Shown one piece after another: positions 30,388 through 40,335 of a stretch of 64,000 nt of DNA; the first letter of the stretch is position 1; the number at the start of each line of letters is the position of its first letter. Source of the stretch: Thermodesulfobacteriota bacterium. Its GTDB lineage: Bacteria; Desulfobacterota; Binatia; Bin18. The notes under the pieces were generated by a model. That model saw only the letters and a program-made list of their open reading frames with translations, had not been told where the DNA came from and did not search any database. The stretch lies in NCBI GenBank assembly GCA_964291405.2, contig OZ219926.1, positions 2,944,001 through 3,008,000 of the forward strand, read 5' to 3'. The translations under genes were made by a program, and so were the position numbers.

Positions 30388-31833
30388 ATGAGTCTGCGCA
30401 CACCGGAGCAATATAAAGAGAGTCTGAAAGACGGCCGGGAAGTCTATTATCGTGGCGAAAAGGTTGACGATGTCACCACCCACCCGGTTATCGGCAAGGC
30501 GGTCCAGCATGCCTGCATCGACTACCAGATGGCCGAAGACCCACGTTACCGCGACCTGGCAGTTGTCACCGACCCTCAGACCGGACAGGAGTATTCCCGG
30601 TATTATCACCTGCCCCAGAATGCCGAAGACCTGCTCCAGCGTAGCCGTCTGATTGCCGCCAGTACCCGCGAGGGAGCCACACTGGTTATTTTGATCAAAG
30701 AAATCGGCACGGACGCGCTCCTGGCGCTGCATGTTGTTGCCGAAGAAATGGCCAAGCACGGCGCGGGACAATATCGCGAGCGGGTCAAAAAGTATTATGA
30801 GCTGTGCCGGGATAATGATTACGCGGTGGCCGTGGCCCAGAGCGATGTCAAAGGGGACCGCAGCATGGGGCCTCAGGGCCAGGAACACCCGGATTATTAT
30901 GTGCGCATTGTTGACCGGCGTGACGACGGCATCGTCGTCCGCGGCGCCAAGATTCACACCTCGGTTTCCACCAATACGGACGAAGTTATTGTCCTGCCGA
31001 CCAGGGCGATGCGCGAGGGCGATGAAGACTACGCCGTGGCCTTCGCCCTGCCTGTGGCCACCAAAGGGCTGAAACTTCTGGCCAGTTCCTATGGCGGTTT
31101 CCAAAGAAACGATTTTGAGTACCCCATCAGTGCCAAACATAAAATGATGGAGACGCTGACCGTCTTTGAAGACGTGTTTGTTCCCTGGGAGCGAGTGTTC
31201 CTGGCCGGCGAGGTCGCCGCGGCGGGTTTGATGGCCCTGACCTTTGTGAAATTCCACCGCTTCACCGCGGTGTCGTACAAACTGCCCCTTCTGGAACTCA
31301 TGGCCGGTGCGTCCCAGGCCATTGCGGAATACAACGGTATTGAGCGGGCCGGCCATATTCGTGAGAAGCTGACCAAGCTGGCCAGCTATCATGCCACCGT
31401 CCAGGGGCTGATTCTGGCCGCTGCCCAGCAACACACCGTTGTCCCGCCGGGTATCGCCGTGCCCAACACGCTGATGACCAATGTGGCCAAATACCAGTTT
31501 GCCTCCAATTACCATCAGGCCGTCCAGATGGTACAGGACGTGAGCGGCGGGCTCTTGGTGACCGGGCCGAGCCTGGAGGACTGGCGCAGCGAAGCGACCG
31601 GCCCCTACGTCCAGAAATATTTAGGCGGCAAGAAAGGCACCTCGACCGAGCACCGACTGCGGCTGATGAACCTGATTTCGGACCTGACCGCGGGCGACTT
31701 TGGCGGTTATCAGGAAGTGTTGGCCGTGCACGCCGAGGGCTCCCTCGAAGCCGAAAAGCTCCAGACCTATCGCGAGTACGATTTTGCGGCCGCGGCGGAG
31801 TACGCCCGCGAGTTGGCGGGGATTGCCAAATAG
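30388..31833 (+). CDS. 4-hydroxyphenylacetate 3-hydroxylase / 4-hydroxybutyryl-CoA dehydratase family flavoprotein
   Basis: EQYKESLKDGREVY, SDVKGDRS, GIVVRGAKIH, FEDVFVPWERVFL. Confidence 0.9.
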   Translation: MSLRTPEQYKESLKDGREVYYRGEKVDDVTTHPVIGKAVQHACIDYQMAEDPRYRDLAVVTDPQTGQEYSRYYHLPQNAEDLLQRSRLIAASTREGATLVILIKEIGTDALLALHVVAEEMAKHGAGQYRERVKKYYELCRDNDYAVAVAQSDVKGDRSMGPQGQEHPDYYVRIVDRRDDGIVVRGAKIHTSVSTNTDEVIVLPTRAMREGDEDYAVAFALPVATKGLKLLASSYGGFQRNDFEYPISAKHKMMETLTVFEDVFVPWERVFLAGEVAAAGLMALTFVKFHRFTAVSYKLPLLELMAGASQAIAEYNGIERAGHIREKLTKLASYHATVQGLILAAAQQHTVVPPGIAVPNTLMTNVAKYQFASNYHQAVQMVQDVSGGLLVTGPSLEDWRSEATGPYVQKYLGGKKGTSTEHRLRLMNLISDLTAGDFGGYQEVLAVHAEGSLEAEKLQTYREYDFAAAAEYARELAGIAK

Positions 31834-32097
31834 TCACCGACCCCGGTCGATCAGTTGTCGATACTCGTCGTGGCGGCCGATCCAGAACCACACAACGTCG
31901 GAGCCGTTTTCTACGGCGAGGACGCGGTAATGGATGCCTACCCGGGCGGACCAGAATCGGCCGACCTTCTTGAAGTGCAGCGACGGGTGGGAGGGGTCCT
32001 GCCGGAGGAGCCGGAAGTTTTCATCGGCCAACTTCCGTATCTCGACTGGGAGTCCGTTGTAGAACGACCAGAATTTGTGGGTGACGCGATGTCTCAC
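31834..32097 (-). CDS. RelE/ParE-like toxin
   Basis: DPSHPSLHFKKV...WSARVGIHYRVL...WFWIGRHDEY; the GTG overlaps the antitoxin stop. Confidence 0.8.
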   Translation of the reverse strand: MRHRVTHKFWSFYNGLPVEIRKLADENFRLLRQDPSHPSLHFKKVGRFWSARVGIHYRVLAVENGSDVVWFWIGRHDEYRQLIDRGR

Positions 32098-32294
32098 AGG
32101 TCGGTACACTGGCCCTCGCGCAGGGCCTGCAACGCCTCCTCCGCCAATGCGTCAAGTCGCCCGGCAGCGACATCACGCTCAAGCTCACGGTCCCATATTT
32201 CGGCATCGAACTCCGCAAACCAAGCGCGGAATGCGGCGAGTTGTTGGGCCGACAATTGGCTCACGGCCGTCTGGATATCTTGAAGAGTGTCCAT
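32094..32294 (-). CDS. Putative antitoxin
   Basis: 66-aa acidic protein (WDRELERDVAAGRLDALAEEAL) coupled to the toxin. Confidence 0.75.
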   Translation of the reverse strand: MDTLQDIQTAVSQLSAQQLAAFRAWFAEFDAEIWDRELERDVAAGRLDALAEEALQALREGQCTDL

Positions 32295-32367
32295 GTCTGA
32301 AGGCTATCTCTGAAGTCTGCTGATGACAAGACACGAAAGAGGGGGCTGGGGGCTGGCCCCCACAGGG

Positions 32368-32760
32368 TTAATCTTTCTGTCCGAACGTCTGTTCGTAGCG
32401 CGCCTTGAACGTCTCAAACAGGGTGAGTTCCTGCGCGGTATACGTCCGGTAGGTCTGGCTGGCGTGGGGAAAATAAAAGCGCAAGACAGCATTCCCCTCT
32501 GCGTCATCAAGGCTGACAAACACGCTGACGGAGTCGCCGTGCCCCAGTGCTTCGGCAAAGCGTACCTTGGTAATGGTGTCGAGGTTGGCGTGAATATGCC
32601 AGCCGCGATACTCGACCGTTGCCCACGGGTCGGCAAAATCGACCTTTCGGACCTCCTCGTCCAGAAAAAGTTCGCTGACAACCCCGTCACGTCCGACCGT
32701 ACACACCAGCGCGGGCGTGCGCGCCAAGTCTTCGAGTAACTGTTTCACGCCGGGGATCAT
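32368..32760 (-). CDS. ChuX/HutX-like (heme-utilisation fold) protein
   Basis: DGVVSE...WATVE...WHIHANL...SVFVSLDDAEGNAVLRFYF pattern. Confidence 0.55.
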   Translation of the reverse strand: MIPGVKQLLEDLARTPALVCTVGRDGVVSELFLDEEVRKVDFADPWATVEYRGWHIHANLDTITKVRFAEALGHGDSVSVFVSLDDAEGNAVLRFYFPHASQTYRTYTAQELTLFETFKARYEQTFGQKD

Positions 32761-33269
32761 ACGTTCCTCTTGATTGTCTTTTCCTCTTTTTCATAACGGT
32801 CTAAGAGGAGCTTGAGAAGACGAGGAGAAGCGCGAAAATTCGTCTTCTGTAAACGCTCAATTGCCGAGGGAAAATTGAGAAGCCCGAGTCTGGCCGCCTC
32901 GCTCAAGAGGCCGAGCAGGCCGGTCACTTTGAAACCATATTCTTTTGCAACTTGACGAGCTGCCTTCTCATCCAAAATAATCAGGTCTGCCCCCAAGTGT
33001 CGTGCCAAGAGAATTGCGTCTCGTTCGCCTGCGTGCAATCGGTCAAGTGCGGGGTTTGTCTCGCTCAGCGTAAGGGCCCCGGTATGGATGTTCGCCCAAC
33101 TAGGGGGCTGGGCTATCCAGTCCTGAAGCCCGACTGGAGCCCCTTCAGCTTTTAGCTCATCACGTACTGATTTTGGGAGGGTGACTTGACCGAATAGTTT
33201 TGGAAACAGATCAAGACAGTTAATGAGATAGAGATAGCAGATAGGGGACGTATTGGAGATAGTAATCAC
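32757..33269 (-). CDS. DUF3368 PIN-domain toxin-like protein
   Basis: ISNTSPI, LHAGERDAI, ILDEKAARQVA, TGLLGLL. Confidence 0.85.
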   Translation of the reverse strand: MITISNTSPICYLYLINCLDLFPKLFGQVTLPKSVRDELKAEGAPVGLQDWIAQPPSWANIHTGALTLSETNPALDRLHAGERDAILLARHLGADLIILDEKAARQVAKEYGFKVTGLLGLLSEAARLGLLNFPSAIERLQKTNFRASPRLLKLLLDRYEKEEKTIKRNV

Positions 33270-33532
33270 GGGCGAGTGACTGCACGGAGCGCTTCAATAT
33301 CTCCTGCTAAGTCTTCTTCAGTATAGTCCAGATAGGCGTGTGCTTGCTTGAGCATCCTGTCGACCTCCCAACGTGAGGGGAGGCCAAGCATTTTTTGCAC
33401 TTGCGCTTCGGTCAAGACTCCTGCTCGATACGCTTCGATTGCGACTGCTTCAAGAGTCCGCCGGGAGAGGTTGCCCCAGTTTTGTGCGAGATGGAGGGCA
33501 ATATCTTCCGGGAGTTCAATGGCAACATTCAT
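33266..33532 (-). CDS. UPF0175-family antitoxin
   Basis: EAVAIEAYRAGVLT...LGLPSRWEV...YTEEDLAGDI. Confidence 0.85.
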   Translation of the reverse strand: MNVAIELPEDIALHLAQNWGNLSRRTLEAVAIEAYRAGVLTEAQVQKMLGLPSRWEVDRMLKQAHAYLDYTEEDLAGDIEALRAVTRP

Positions 33533-33602
33533 TCTATTATACTCAGAAACCAATAAATTCTCTTCACTTTACTTGAATATCTACCCTCCTGTCCATGCCG
33601 AA

Positions 33603-33809
33603 CTATTCAAAGAGAAGAGAGTCAGCAGCATAAGACAAGGCGGCCTGGATATCCGCCCGGACGAGACGCGGATATGCCTCTAATAAATCTGCTTCTGTCG
33701 CTCCTTCACCTAGCTTTCGGAGAATCACTTCAACTGGAATACGAGTACCACGGATCAAAGGCTTCCCGAGCATCACTGCCGGATTAATCTCAATGCGGTC
33801 GGTTGTCAT
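33603..33809 (-). CDS. DUF433 antitoxin-like protein
   Basis: RIEINPAVMLGKPLIRGTRIPV...YPRL...DIQAALSYAA. Confidence 0.9.
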   Translation of the reverse strand: MTTDRIEINPAVMLGKPLIRGTRIPVEVILRKLGEGATEADLLEAYPRLVRADIQAALSYAADSLLFE

Positions 33810-33832
33810 GGGGCTCTCCTTCGGGTTAGGCC

Positions 33833-35662
33833 CTACTCCACCGTCACGCTCTTGGCCAGGTTGCGCGGCTGGTCCACGTCGGTCCCGCGATACACGGCCA
33901 CATGATAGGCCAGGAGTTGGAGCGGGATGCTGAGCAGAATCGGCATGATCAGGTGGTTGGTGGTCGGAACCTGGATAATCTCCCAGGCGATTTCTTCGAG
34001 CTCGGGCGAGGGAGCGTCGGTCAGGGCGATAATACGGCCGCCGCGCGCCTCGACCTCTTTCATATTGCTGAGCGTTTTCTCGTATACCGGGTCTTTGGGG
34101 AGGAGGACGACAACGGGCATCTGCTCGTCGATCAGGGCAATCGGACCGTGCTTCATCTCCCCGGCCGGATAGCCCTCGGCGTGAATATAGGACAGTTCCT
34201 TGAGTTTGAGCGCGCCCTCAAGCGCAATCGGATAGTTGATGCCCCGTCCCAGATACAAGAAGTCGCTGGCATGACCGTATTTCTTGGCGATCTTTTCAAT
34301 CGCCCTGGTCTTCTTCAGCGTCGCCTGGACCAGGGCGGGCAGGGTGACGATGTCTTCGATGAGTTTCCGGCCGTGGTCGCGGTCGAGGACGCCGCGGCGT
34401 TGTCCGAGGTGCAGGGCAAGCAGATAGAGGGCGGTCAACTGCGTCGTAAACGCCTTGGTTGACGCCACACTGATCTCGGGTCCGGCATGGGTATAGACCA
34501 CCATGTCGGATTTGCGCGTAATGGACGAATCGACCACATTGCAGATAGCCAGCGTGCCGGCACCCTTGTTTTTGCCCCCTTCGAGCGCGGCCAGCGTATC
34601 CGCGGTCTCGCCCGACTGAGAAACCGCCAGAACCAGGCTGTCCGCATCGAGCCGTGTGGGACGATAGCGGAATTCACTGCCGTAATCGACCTCGGTTGGC
34701 AGTTCGGCCAGTTCCTCCAAAAGAAATTTGCCAACCAGACAGGCGTGCCAGGCCGTGCCGCACGCCACCAGGGTCGCCCGCTTGACCGCATCGAGCGCGG
34801 GTAGCTGGTCCGTGAGTTCGCCCAGCGCAATCTCGCCGGATTCCTCCAGGATACGGCTGCGCATGGTATCGATAATGGCCTGGGGCTGTTCATGGATTTC
34901 TTTCAGCAAAAAATGCTTATAGCCGCTCTTCTGGGCCGTAATCGGGTCCCAGGTAATATGGCGCGGTTCGCGCTCAATCGGCCGGCCGGAGAAGTCCGAG
35001 ATCGCGACACCTTGACGACTCACCTCGGCCATCTCGCCGTCATCCAGGAAGAGCACCCGGCGGGTATAATCGAGCAGGGCGGGAATATCGGAGGCCACAA
35101 AACTCTCCTCCTCCCCGAGTCCGATGACAATGGGTGTAGCGTTTTTGGCCGTCAGGAGTGTTTCCGGGTCTCGCTCGCTCAGGGCAACCAGGGCGAACGA
35201 ACCGGAAAGATGCCGCAGGGCGGCCCGGGTCGCTTCACGGAACGAGAGCCCCTCTTGCAGGTATTGGTCGATCAGGTGGGCAATGACTTCGGTATCCGTC
35301 TCGGAGCTGAATGTCCGCCCTTTGCCCATGAGTTCGTGGCGCAGCTCAAGATAGTTCTCGATAATGCCGTTGTGGATAACCACCACATCGCCGGCGCGGT
35401 GCGGATGGGCGTTCTCCTCGGACGGCGGCCCATGGGTCGCCCAGCGGGTATGACCGATACCGACCGAGCCGGGCAGGGGTTCGGCCTGTAAGAGTTGGTC
35501 AAGCTGGGCGAGCTTGCCGACCGCCCGCCGGATGGCAATACGGCCGTTTGTGAATGCGGCGATTCCCGCGGAGTCGTAGCCGCGGTACTCAAGCCGCTTG
35601 AGTCCCTGGAATAAGAGCGGGGCCGCCTCGCGGTGCCCAACATATCCCATAATGCCGCACAT
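33833..35662 (-). CDS. glmS: Glutamine--fructose-6-phosphate aminotransferase
   Basis: MCGIMG, LEYRGYDSAG, HTRWATHG, DQPRNLAKSVTVE. Confidence 0.98.
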   Translation of the reverse strand: MCGIMGYVGHREAAPLLFQGLKRLEYRGYDSAGIAAFTNGRIAIRRAVGKLAQLDQLLQAEPLPGSVGIGHTRWATHGPPSEENAHPHRAGDVVVIHNGIIENYLELRHELMGKGRTFSSETDTEVIAHLIDQYLQEGLSFREATRAALRHLSGSFALVALSERDPETLLTAKNATPIVIGLGEEESFVASDIPALLDYTRRVLFLDDGEMAEVSRQGVAISDFSGRPIEREPRHITWDPITAQKSGYKHFLLKEIHEQPQAIIDTMRSRILEESGEIALGELTDQLPALDAVKRATLVACGTAWHACLVGKFLLEELAELPTEVDYGSEFRYRPTRLDADSLVLAVSQSGETADTLAALEGGKNKGAGTLAICNVVDSSITRKSDMVVYTHAGPEISVASTKAFTTQLTALYLLALHLGQRRGVLDRDHGRKLIEDIVTLPALVQATLKKTRAIEKIAKKYGHASDFLYLGRGINYPIALEGALKLKELSYIHAEGYPAGEMKHGPIALIDEQMPVVVLLPKDPVYEKTLSNMKEVEARGGRIIALTDAPSPELEEIAWEIIQVPTTNHLIMPILLSIPLQLLAYHVAVYRGTDVDQPRNLAKSVTVE

Positions 35663-35783
35663 GGTTGAGTCCTTTGGGTTTGTTGGGTCTATGGAGTCCT
35701 TTGGGTCGGTTGCGTCCTCTGTAGGGGCAATTCATGAATTGCCCCTACGGGCTTGGGAGGGGTGGCCGAAGGCCGGGGTGGGT
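35663..35783. repeat. Stack of three repeat types in the glmU-glmS spacer
   Basis: TTGRGT 9-mers (35663-35715); perfect palindrome GTAGGGGCAATTCATGAATTGCCCCTAC (35721-35748); GGAGGGGTGGCCGAAGGCCGGGGTGGG (35756-35782). Confidence 0.8.
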
Positions 35784-35840
35784 TCCTTTTCGCATCACAC
35801 GTTCCAGGAGGGGAGCTTTTCACTTGTCACTCGCCCCTGT

Positions 35841-37253
35841 TCACTCTTCACTCTCTTTGGCCCGTTTGGCTGCGGTCCAGCCTTCCCGTATTTCTTCCTG
35901 ACGCCGATTAAAGACCAGGGCGCCCGCGGGCACATCCTGCCGGACCGTGGTGGCGGTGGCAATATACGCATCGTCGTTGACGGTCAGCGGGGCGACCAGG
36001 GTCGTATCCGAGCCGACCTGGACGCGGTCTCCGATCCTGGTCCGATGCTTGCGAAAGCCGTCATAGTTGCAGGTGATCGTGCCCGCGCCGATATTGGCCT
36101 CGCGGCCGATTTCCGCGTCGCCGATATACGCCAGATGTTTGGCCTTGGTACGCTCGCCGATGGTGGATTTTTTGACCTCAACGAAATTGCCGATCTCGGC
36201 GTGAGGGGCAAGCACGGCCCCGCCCCGCATATGTGAGAACGGCCCGGCCGAGGAGTTATCGCCGAGTTGGCTGTCACTCAGCACAACCGAGAAATAGATG
36301 CGGACATGATCGCCGATGGTGCAGTTCTCGATATAGGCGTTGCCGTCGATCCGACAGTGCGAGCCGATAGCGGTCTTGCCCTTGATATGGGTATTCGGAC
36401 CAATGACCGTGTCCGGTCCGATGGTCGCTTCCTCACTCAGATAGACCGTCTGCGCATCCTCAAAGGTGACACCGGCGTCCATCCACTGCTGGCGGAGTTG
36501 TTCCTGGCGTGTTGTTTCCATACGAGCAAGCTCCTGTCGGGAATTCACCCCTTCGACTTCGTGACAGTCGGGCGTGGGCACGGCCCGGGTCGGGAGTCCG
36601 GCCCGGACGGCCGCGGCCACAATATCGGTCAGATAGTATTCGCCCTGGGCGTTTGTGGGTTGGAGACGGTCGAGCGCGGAAAAGAGAAAGTCGGCCGCAA
36701 CGCAGTATATCCCGGTGTTGATCTCCCGGACACTGCGCTCCCGGGCCGAGGCGTCCCGCGCCTCCACAATGCGGATCACCTGTCCGTCGGAGCGGCGAAT
36801 CACCCGCCCGTACTGAGCGGGGTCCGCGGGCCGGGCGGTCAGGACCGACAGGGTCGCTTGGTGAGCGTGATGATCCGCGACAAAGCGCGCCAGCGTCCGG
36901 GACGTGAGCAGGGGCACGTCGCCGGAGACGATCAGAATATCCCCCCGAAAGCCGACAAGCTGCGCTTGTGCCGCGCGGACCGCGTCCCCGGTGCCGCGCT
37001 GTTCTTTTTGAAGCGCAAAGACCACCCCGTCTGCTTGGCATGCTGCTTGAACCGCGGCGGCCTGGTGGCCGACCACGACAACCAGACGGCTGGGATGGAG
37101 GCGTTGGCTGGTCTGAATGACCCGCGTCAGGAGCGGTTTCCCGGCCAGATGATGCAGCACTTTGGCCCGCTCGGAGCGCATGCGCGTCCCCTTGCCCGCA
37201 GCCAGAATGATAACGCCCAGGGGTTGCGCCTGGTGTTGATCCGGTACAGCCAC
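35841..37253 (-). CDS. glmU: Bifunctional UDP-GlcNAc pyrophosphorylase / glucosamine-1-P acetyltransferase
   Basis: LAAGKGTRMRS, NAQGEYYLTD, IGNFVEVKK, GAGTITCNYDG. Confidence 0.97.
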   Translation of the reverse strand: MAVPDQHQAQPLGVIILAAGKGTRMRSERAKVLHHLAGKPLLTRVIQTSQRLHPSRLVVVVGHQAAAVQAACQADGVVFALQKEQRGTGDAVRAAQAQLVGFRGDILIVSGDVPLLTSRTLARFVADHHAHQATLSVLTARPADPAQYGRVIRRSDGQVIRIVEARDASARERSVREINTGIYCVAADFLFSALDRLQPTNAQGEYYLTDIVAAAVRAGLPTRAVPTPDCHEVEGVNSRQELARMETTRQEQLRQQWMDAGVTFEDAQTVYLSEEATIGPDTVIGPNTHIKGKTAIGSHCRIDGNAYIENCTIGDHVRIYFSVVLSDSQLGDNSSAGPFSHMRGGAVLAPHAEIGNFVEVKKSTIGERTKAKHLAYIGDAEIGREANIGAGTITCNYDGFRKHRTRIGDRVQVGSDTTLVAPLTVNDDAYIATATTVRQDVPAGALVFNRRQEEIREGWTAAKRAKESEE

Positions 37254-37318
37254 GTCAGCCCGTCCAACCCGAAAGAGATCGCTGCATGTCCGTTCCCGCA
37301 GTCCAATAAGCGTTCCGC

Positions 37319-38419
37319 TTAATCCGCCGCGTGCAGCCGGTCCGGGAGTTGTTCAAACCAGGGCAGGACCAGGGTTTCGTTGATGGAATACGTATAGGCG
37401 TGCCCCCAGTCGGGCAGCTCGGTATAGTTGAGGTGGGTAAAGCCCTGGCCTTCTAAAAACTTCCGGGACATACGCGCCGAGGAGACCGGGAAAATAAAAT
37501 CCTTTGCGCCGTGGACGATAAAGATGGGTAGGGCTGTCGCCTGTTTATAATCGAGCCAGGGTGGTAGGACTCCGGCAATGGGAGCGATACCGGCAAAGAG
37601 CTTGGAGCAACTGATCCCGAGCGCGTACGAAAACGTCCCGCCGTCAGACAGGCCGCTGACCAGAATGCGGCTCGTATTCACCGCGTATTCATCCATGACC
37701 GTTTCAAGCATGGACAGAATGGAGCGCACATCGAGGCCGGGCTGCTGAATGGACCAGGTCTGGCCCAGGGATTTCGGCGAGAGCAGGATAAAGCCGCGAC
37801 TCTTGGCCGTCCTGAGCCAGGTCAGCAGATAGTCATCACCGCGCCCGTGGCCGCCGTGAAGGGTAATCACCAGGGGCCAGCGTGTGCCGGGGTCGTAGTT
37901 TTCGGGGACGTACAAGGAATACTCGGCGTGCTTCTTGGTCTGCTTGCGATGCATCACACCGGTCTGGGCGGTGTTGTTTGTGGCCGGAGTTTCAAGCTCG
38001 GTCCGACGCGGGAAATCATCCGGTAAAAACCAGTACGGCTGAAGCGGCGGCAACTCGGCGCGCAGGCCGTACAACAGATATTTGCCCAGCGAGAACGCCC
38101 GCCGGCTCTGCATATAGGCGACAATGAAGTTATGCGCCGAACCGGTCCGAAAGGACGTATAGGCGTCCTCAAGATGTTCGAGCGCTTCCAGCCATTGTGT
38201 ATGAAAGGCGGTCCGTTCCGGGGGGACTTCCAGGCCCTCGTTCTGGGTATTGAGGGAAGTGAACAAGTCCCCCACCTGTTCGACGAGTTCGGCCTGATGC
38301 TGGGGGATTTTTGCCAGGTGAATCTGCTCCTGGAGGGCCTCAAAGGTGCGCAGGAAGCCCAGAATCTGCTCGGCTTGGCGGGTCGTCGTTTCGTGATAGT
38401 TTTCCGCAGCGCTTTCCAT
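37319..38419 (-). CDS. Alpha/beta hydrolase (esterase/phospholipase-like) with helical N-domain
   Basis: LYVPENY...PLVITLHGG, SGLSDGG, HGAKDFIFP, WGH. Confidence 0.8.
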   Translation of the reverse strand: MESAAENYHETTTRQAEQILGFLRTFEALQEQIHLAKIPQHQAELVEQVGDLFTSLNTQNEGLEVPPERTAFHTQWLEALEHLEDAYTSFRTGSAHNFIVAYMQSRRAFSLGKYLLYGLRAELPPLQPYWFLPDDFPRRTELETPATNNTAQTGVMHRKQTKKHAEYSLYVPENYDPGTRWPLVITLHGGHGRGDDYLLTWLRTAKSRGFILLSPKSLGQTWSIQQPGLDVRSILSMLETVMDEYAVNTSRILVSGLSDGGTFSYALGISCSKLFAGIAPIAGVLPPWLDYKQATALPIFIVHGAKDFIFPVSSARMSRKFLEGQGFTHLNYTELPDWGHAYTYSINETLVLPWFEQLPDRLHAAD

Positions 38420-38560
38420 GGTCCGCCTCCCTTGAATATGCGAGGCTAGCAGTTCGGCTTTCGCAGTTGCAAGGGGGAAAGCCATGTGACAAAGAAGAGA
38501 TGTGTTCAACCGATTTGGAATCAATGAAGAACACGTTTCTTCTTCGGGCCGGGAGCGGGT

Positions 38561-39931
38561 ATGAAAAAGTCTCACCTTCTCCTGCGAGCGCTCCCATCCG
38601 TGGAAAAACTGCTGGCAGCGCCGGCGCTTCAGCCCATCCTGGCCCGCTATAACCGAACGTATATCACCGACCTGATTCGTCAGGTCTTGGAGACGCTGCG
38701 TCAGGACATTCTATCCGGCGCACATACCACACCGCTTGCCGAACACGACCTGATCGAGCGCATTACAACCCGACTCCACAGCGAGGACCAGTCCCCGCTG
38801 CGTTCGGTCATCAATGCCACCGGCACGGTGCTGCACACCAACCTGGGGCGCGCCCTGCTGGCCCAGGCGGCCATAGACGAAGTGGTCCGGGCGGCGTCCA
38901 CACCCGTGACGCTCGAATATGACGTGTCTCGGGCCGGTCGCGGCGACCGGGACGATCTGGTCGAGGCCGACCTGACCGCCCTGACCGGCGCGGAAGCGGC
39001 CACAGTGGCGAATAATAACGCGGCCGCGGTGTTATTGGCGCTGAACACGCTGGCGGAAGGGCGGGAAGGGATCGTTTCGCGCGGAGAGCTGATCGAGATC
39101 GGCGGCTCTTTCCGCATCCCCGAGGTCATGCGCAAGAGCGGCGTGGTGCTGCGCGAGGTCGGCACGACCAACCGGACCCATCCGCACGATTATGCCAGCG
39201 CCGTCTCGGATCGGACGGGGGTTCTGCTCAAGGTGCATACCAGCAATTACCGGGTCGTGGGTTTCACCGCCGAGGTTGGCCTGGAAGAACTGGTGGCCCT
39301 GGGTAAGGAGCGTGGTGTCCCGGTCATGGAGGATTTGGGAGCCGGGGCGCTGATCGACCTGGCGCAGTACGGACTGCCACAGGAACCGGTCGTGGCCGAG
39401 CGGGTCGCCAAAGGCGCGGACGTGGTCACCTTTAGCGGCGATAAACTCCTCGGCGGGCCGCAGGCCGGGCTCATTGTGGGCCGCAAAGCCTGGGTGGACC
39501 AGATCAAAAAGAACCCGCTCAAACGGGCGCTACGCCTCGACAAGCTGACGCTGGCGGCCCTGAGCGCGACCCTGCGCCTGTACCGTCGTTCACCCCAATT
39601 GCCCCGCGACCTGCCCACCCTGCGTTGGCTGACCCGGCCGGTGCATGAAATGGAAACTCTGGCGGCCCAGGCCGTTCCGCTTATCCAGCAGGCGCTCGGC
39701 AGCGCATTCTCGCTGAGCGTCGAGCAGGCAACCGCCCAGATCGGCAGTGGGGCGCTGCCGGAGGAGGAACTCCCCAGCACGATCATTGCCGTTCGGCACG
39801 GCGAACTGTCCGCGGAAAAAATCGCCCAGCGTTTCCGGCAGGCCGATACACCCATCCTGGGCCGGATTCACAACGACACGTTCTTGCTCGACCTGCGCGG
39901 TATTTTTGATCCGCAGGACCTTGTTCCGTGA
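38561..39931 (+). CDS. selA: L-seryl-tRNA(Sec) selenium transferase
   Basis: VINATGTVLHTNLGRA, SRGELIEIGGSFRIP, FSGDKLLGGPQAG. Confidence 0.97.
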   Translation: MKKSHLLLRALPSVEKLLAAPALQPILARYNRTYITDLIRQVLETLRQDILSGAHTTPLAEHDLIERITTRLHSEDQSPLRSVINATGTVLHTNLGRALLAQAAIDEVVRAASTPVTLEYDVSRAGRGDRDDLVEADLTALTGAEAATVANNNAAAVLLALNTLAEGREGIVSRGELIEIGGSFRIPEVMRKSGVVLREVGTTNRTHPHDYASAVSDRTGVLLKVHTSNYRVVGFTAEVGLEELVALGKERGVPVMEDLGAGALIDLAQYGLPQEPVVAERVAKGADVVTFSGDKLLGGPQAGLIVGRKAWVDQIKKNPLKRALRLDKLTLAALSATLRLYRRSPQLPRDLPTLRWLTRPVHEMETLAAQAVPLIQQALGSAFSLSVEQATAQIGSGALPEEELPSTIIAVRHGELSAEKIAQRFRQADTPILGRIHNDTFLLDLRGIFDPQDLVP

Positions 39932-39937
39932 GCGGGC

Positions 39938-40123
39938 TCAGTTGTCATCGTCGTACAGTTCCTTCCGGCTCAATGTCCCGTACACAGTCCCGTTTCGCAC
40001 GCCGAGTTGAATACGATTGTGGCCATTGGCCTTCGTGTCGGTCAGTTTCCGTGCTATCTCGGCGACCACCTCCAAACCGCGGGCGATCGGTTCGGGGATA
40101 TCTTTGACATCAATGGTTTCCAT
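39938..40123 (-). CDS. Small hypothetical protein (antitoxin-like)
   Basis: 61 aa ending GTLSRKELYDD, resembling antitoxin tails; no partner gene. Confidence 0.5.
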   Translation of the reverse strand: METIDVKDIPEPIARGLEVVAEIARKLTDTKANGHNRIQLGVRNGTVYGTLSRKELYDDDN

Positions 40124-40150
40124 ATTCTAACCAAGACGGTCACGAGGATT

Positions 40151-40245
40151 TGGCGGAGAAGGGATGGAGTCGAACCATCCGCGCAACTTACGCCACGCAA
40201 CTCGGTTTTGAAGACCGGTACGGCCACCGGGCCATATCCTTCCCC
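40151..40245 (-). tRNA. selC: tRNA-Sec (UCA)
   Basis: 8-bp acceptor GGGGAAGG/CCTTCTCC, 6-bp D stem, CTTCAAA anticodon loop, long variable arm, 5-bp T stem with TTCGACT loop, GCCA end; 95 nt; next to selA. Confidence 0.95.
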
Positions 40246-40335
40246 CCGCCAGCCTCAGCGCTTACCACGGCAGAAGATGTGAGTCCAGCAATGGCAAGCG
40301 CTAGCAGATGCTGACTATGCAGGGGCCCTGCTCTT

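Noticed and set aside
31834-33809. Integron cassette array
   Set aside because: No attC-like RYYYAAC...GTTRRRY structures between genes and no intI
33780-33835. Tn7 insertion at the glmS attTn7 site
   Set aside because: No TGT...ACA ends or tns genes; the DUF433 RBS and ATG follow glmS directly
35663-35840. glmS ribozyme
   Set aside because: The spacer is explained by stacked repeats, and no ribozyme core was recognised
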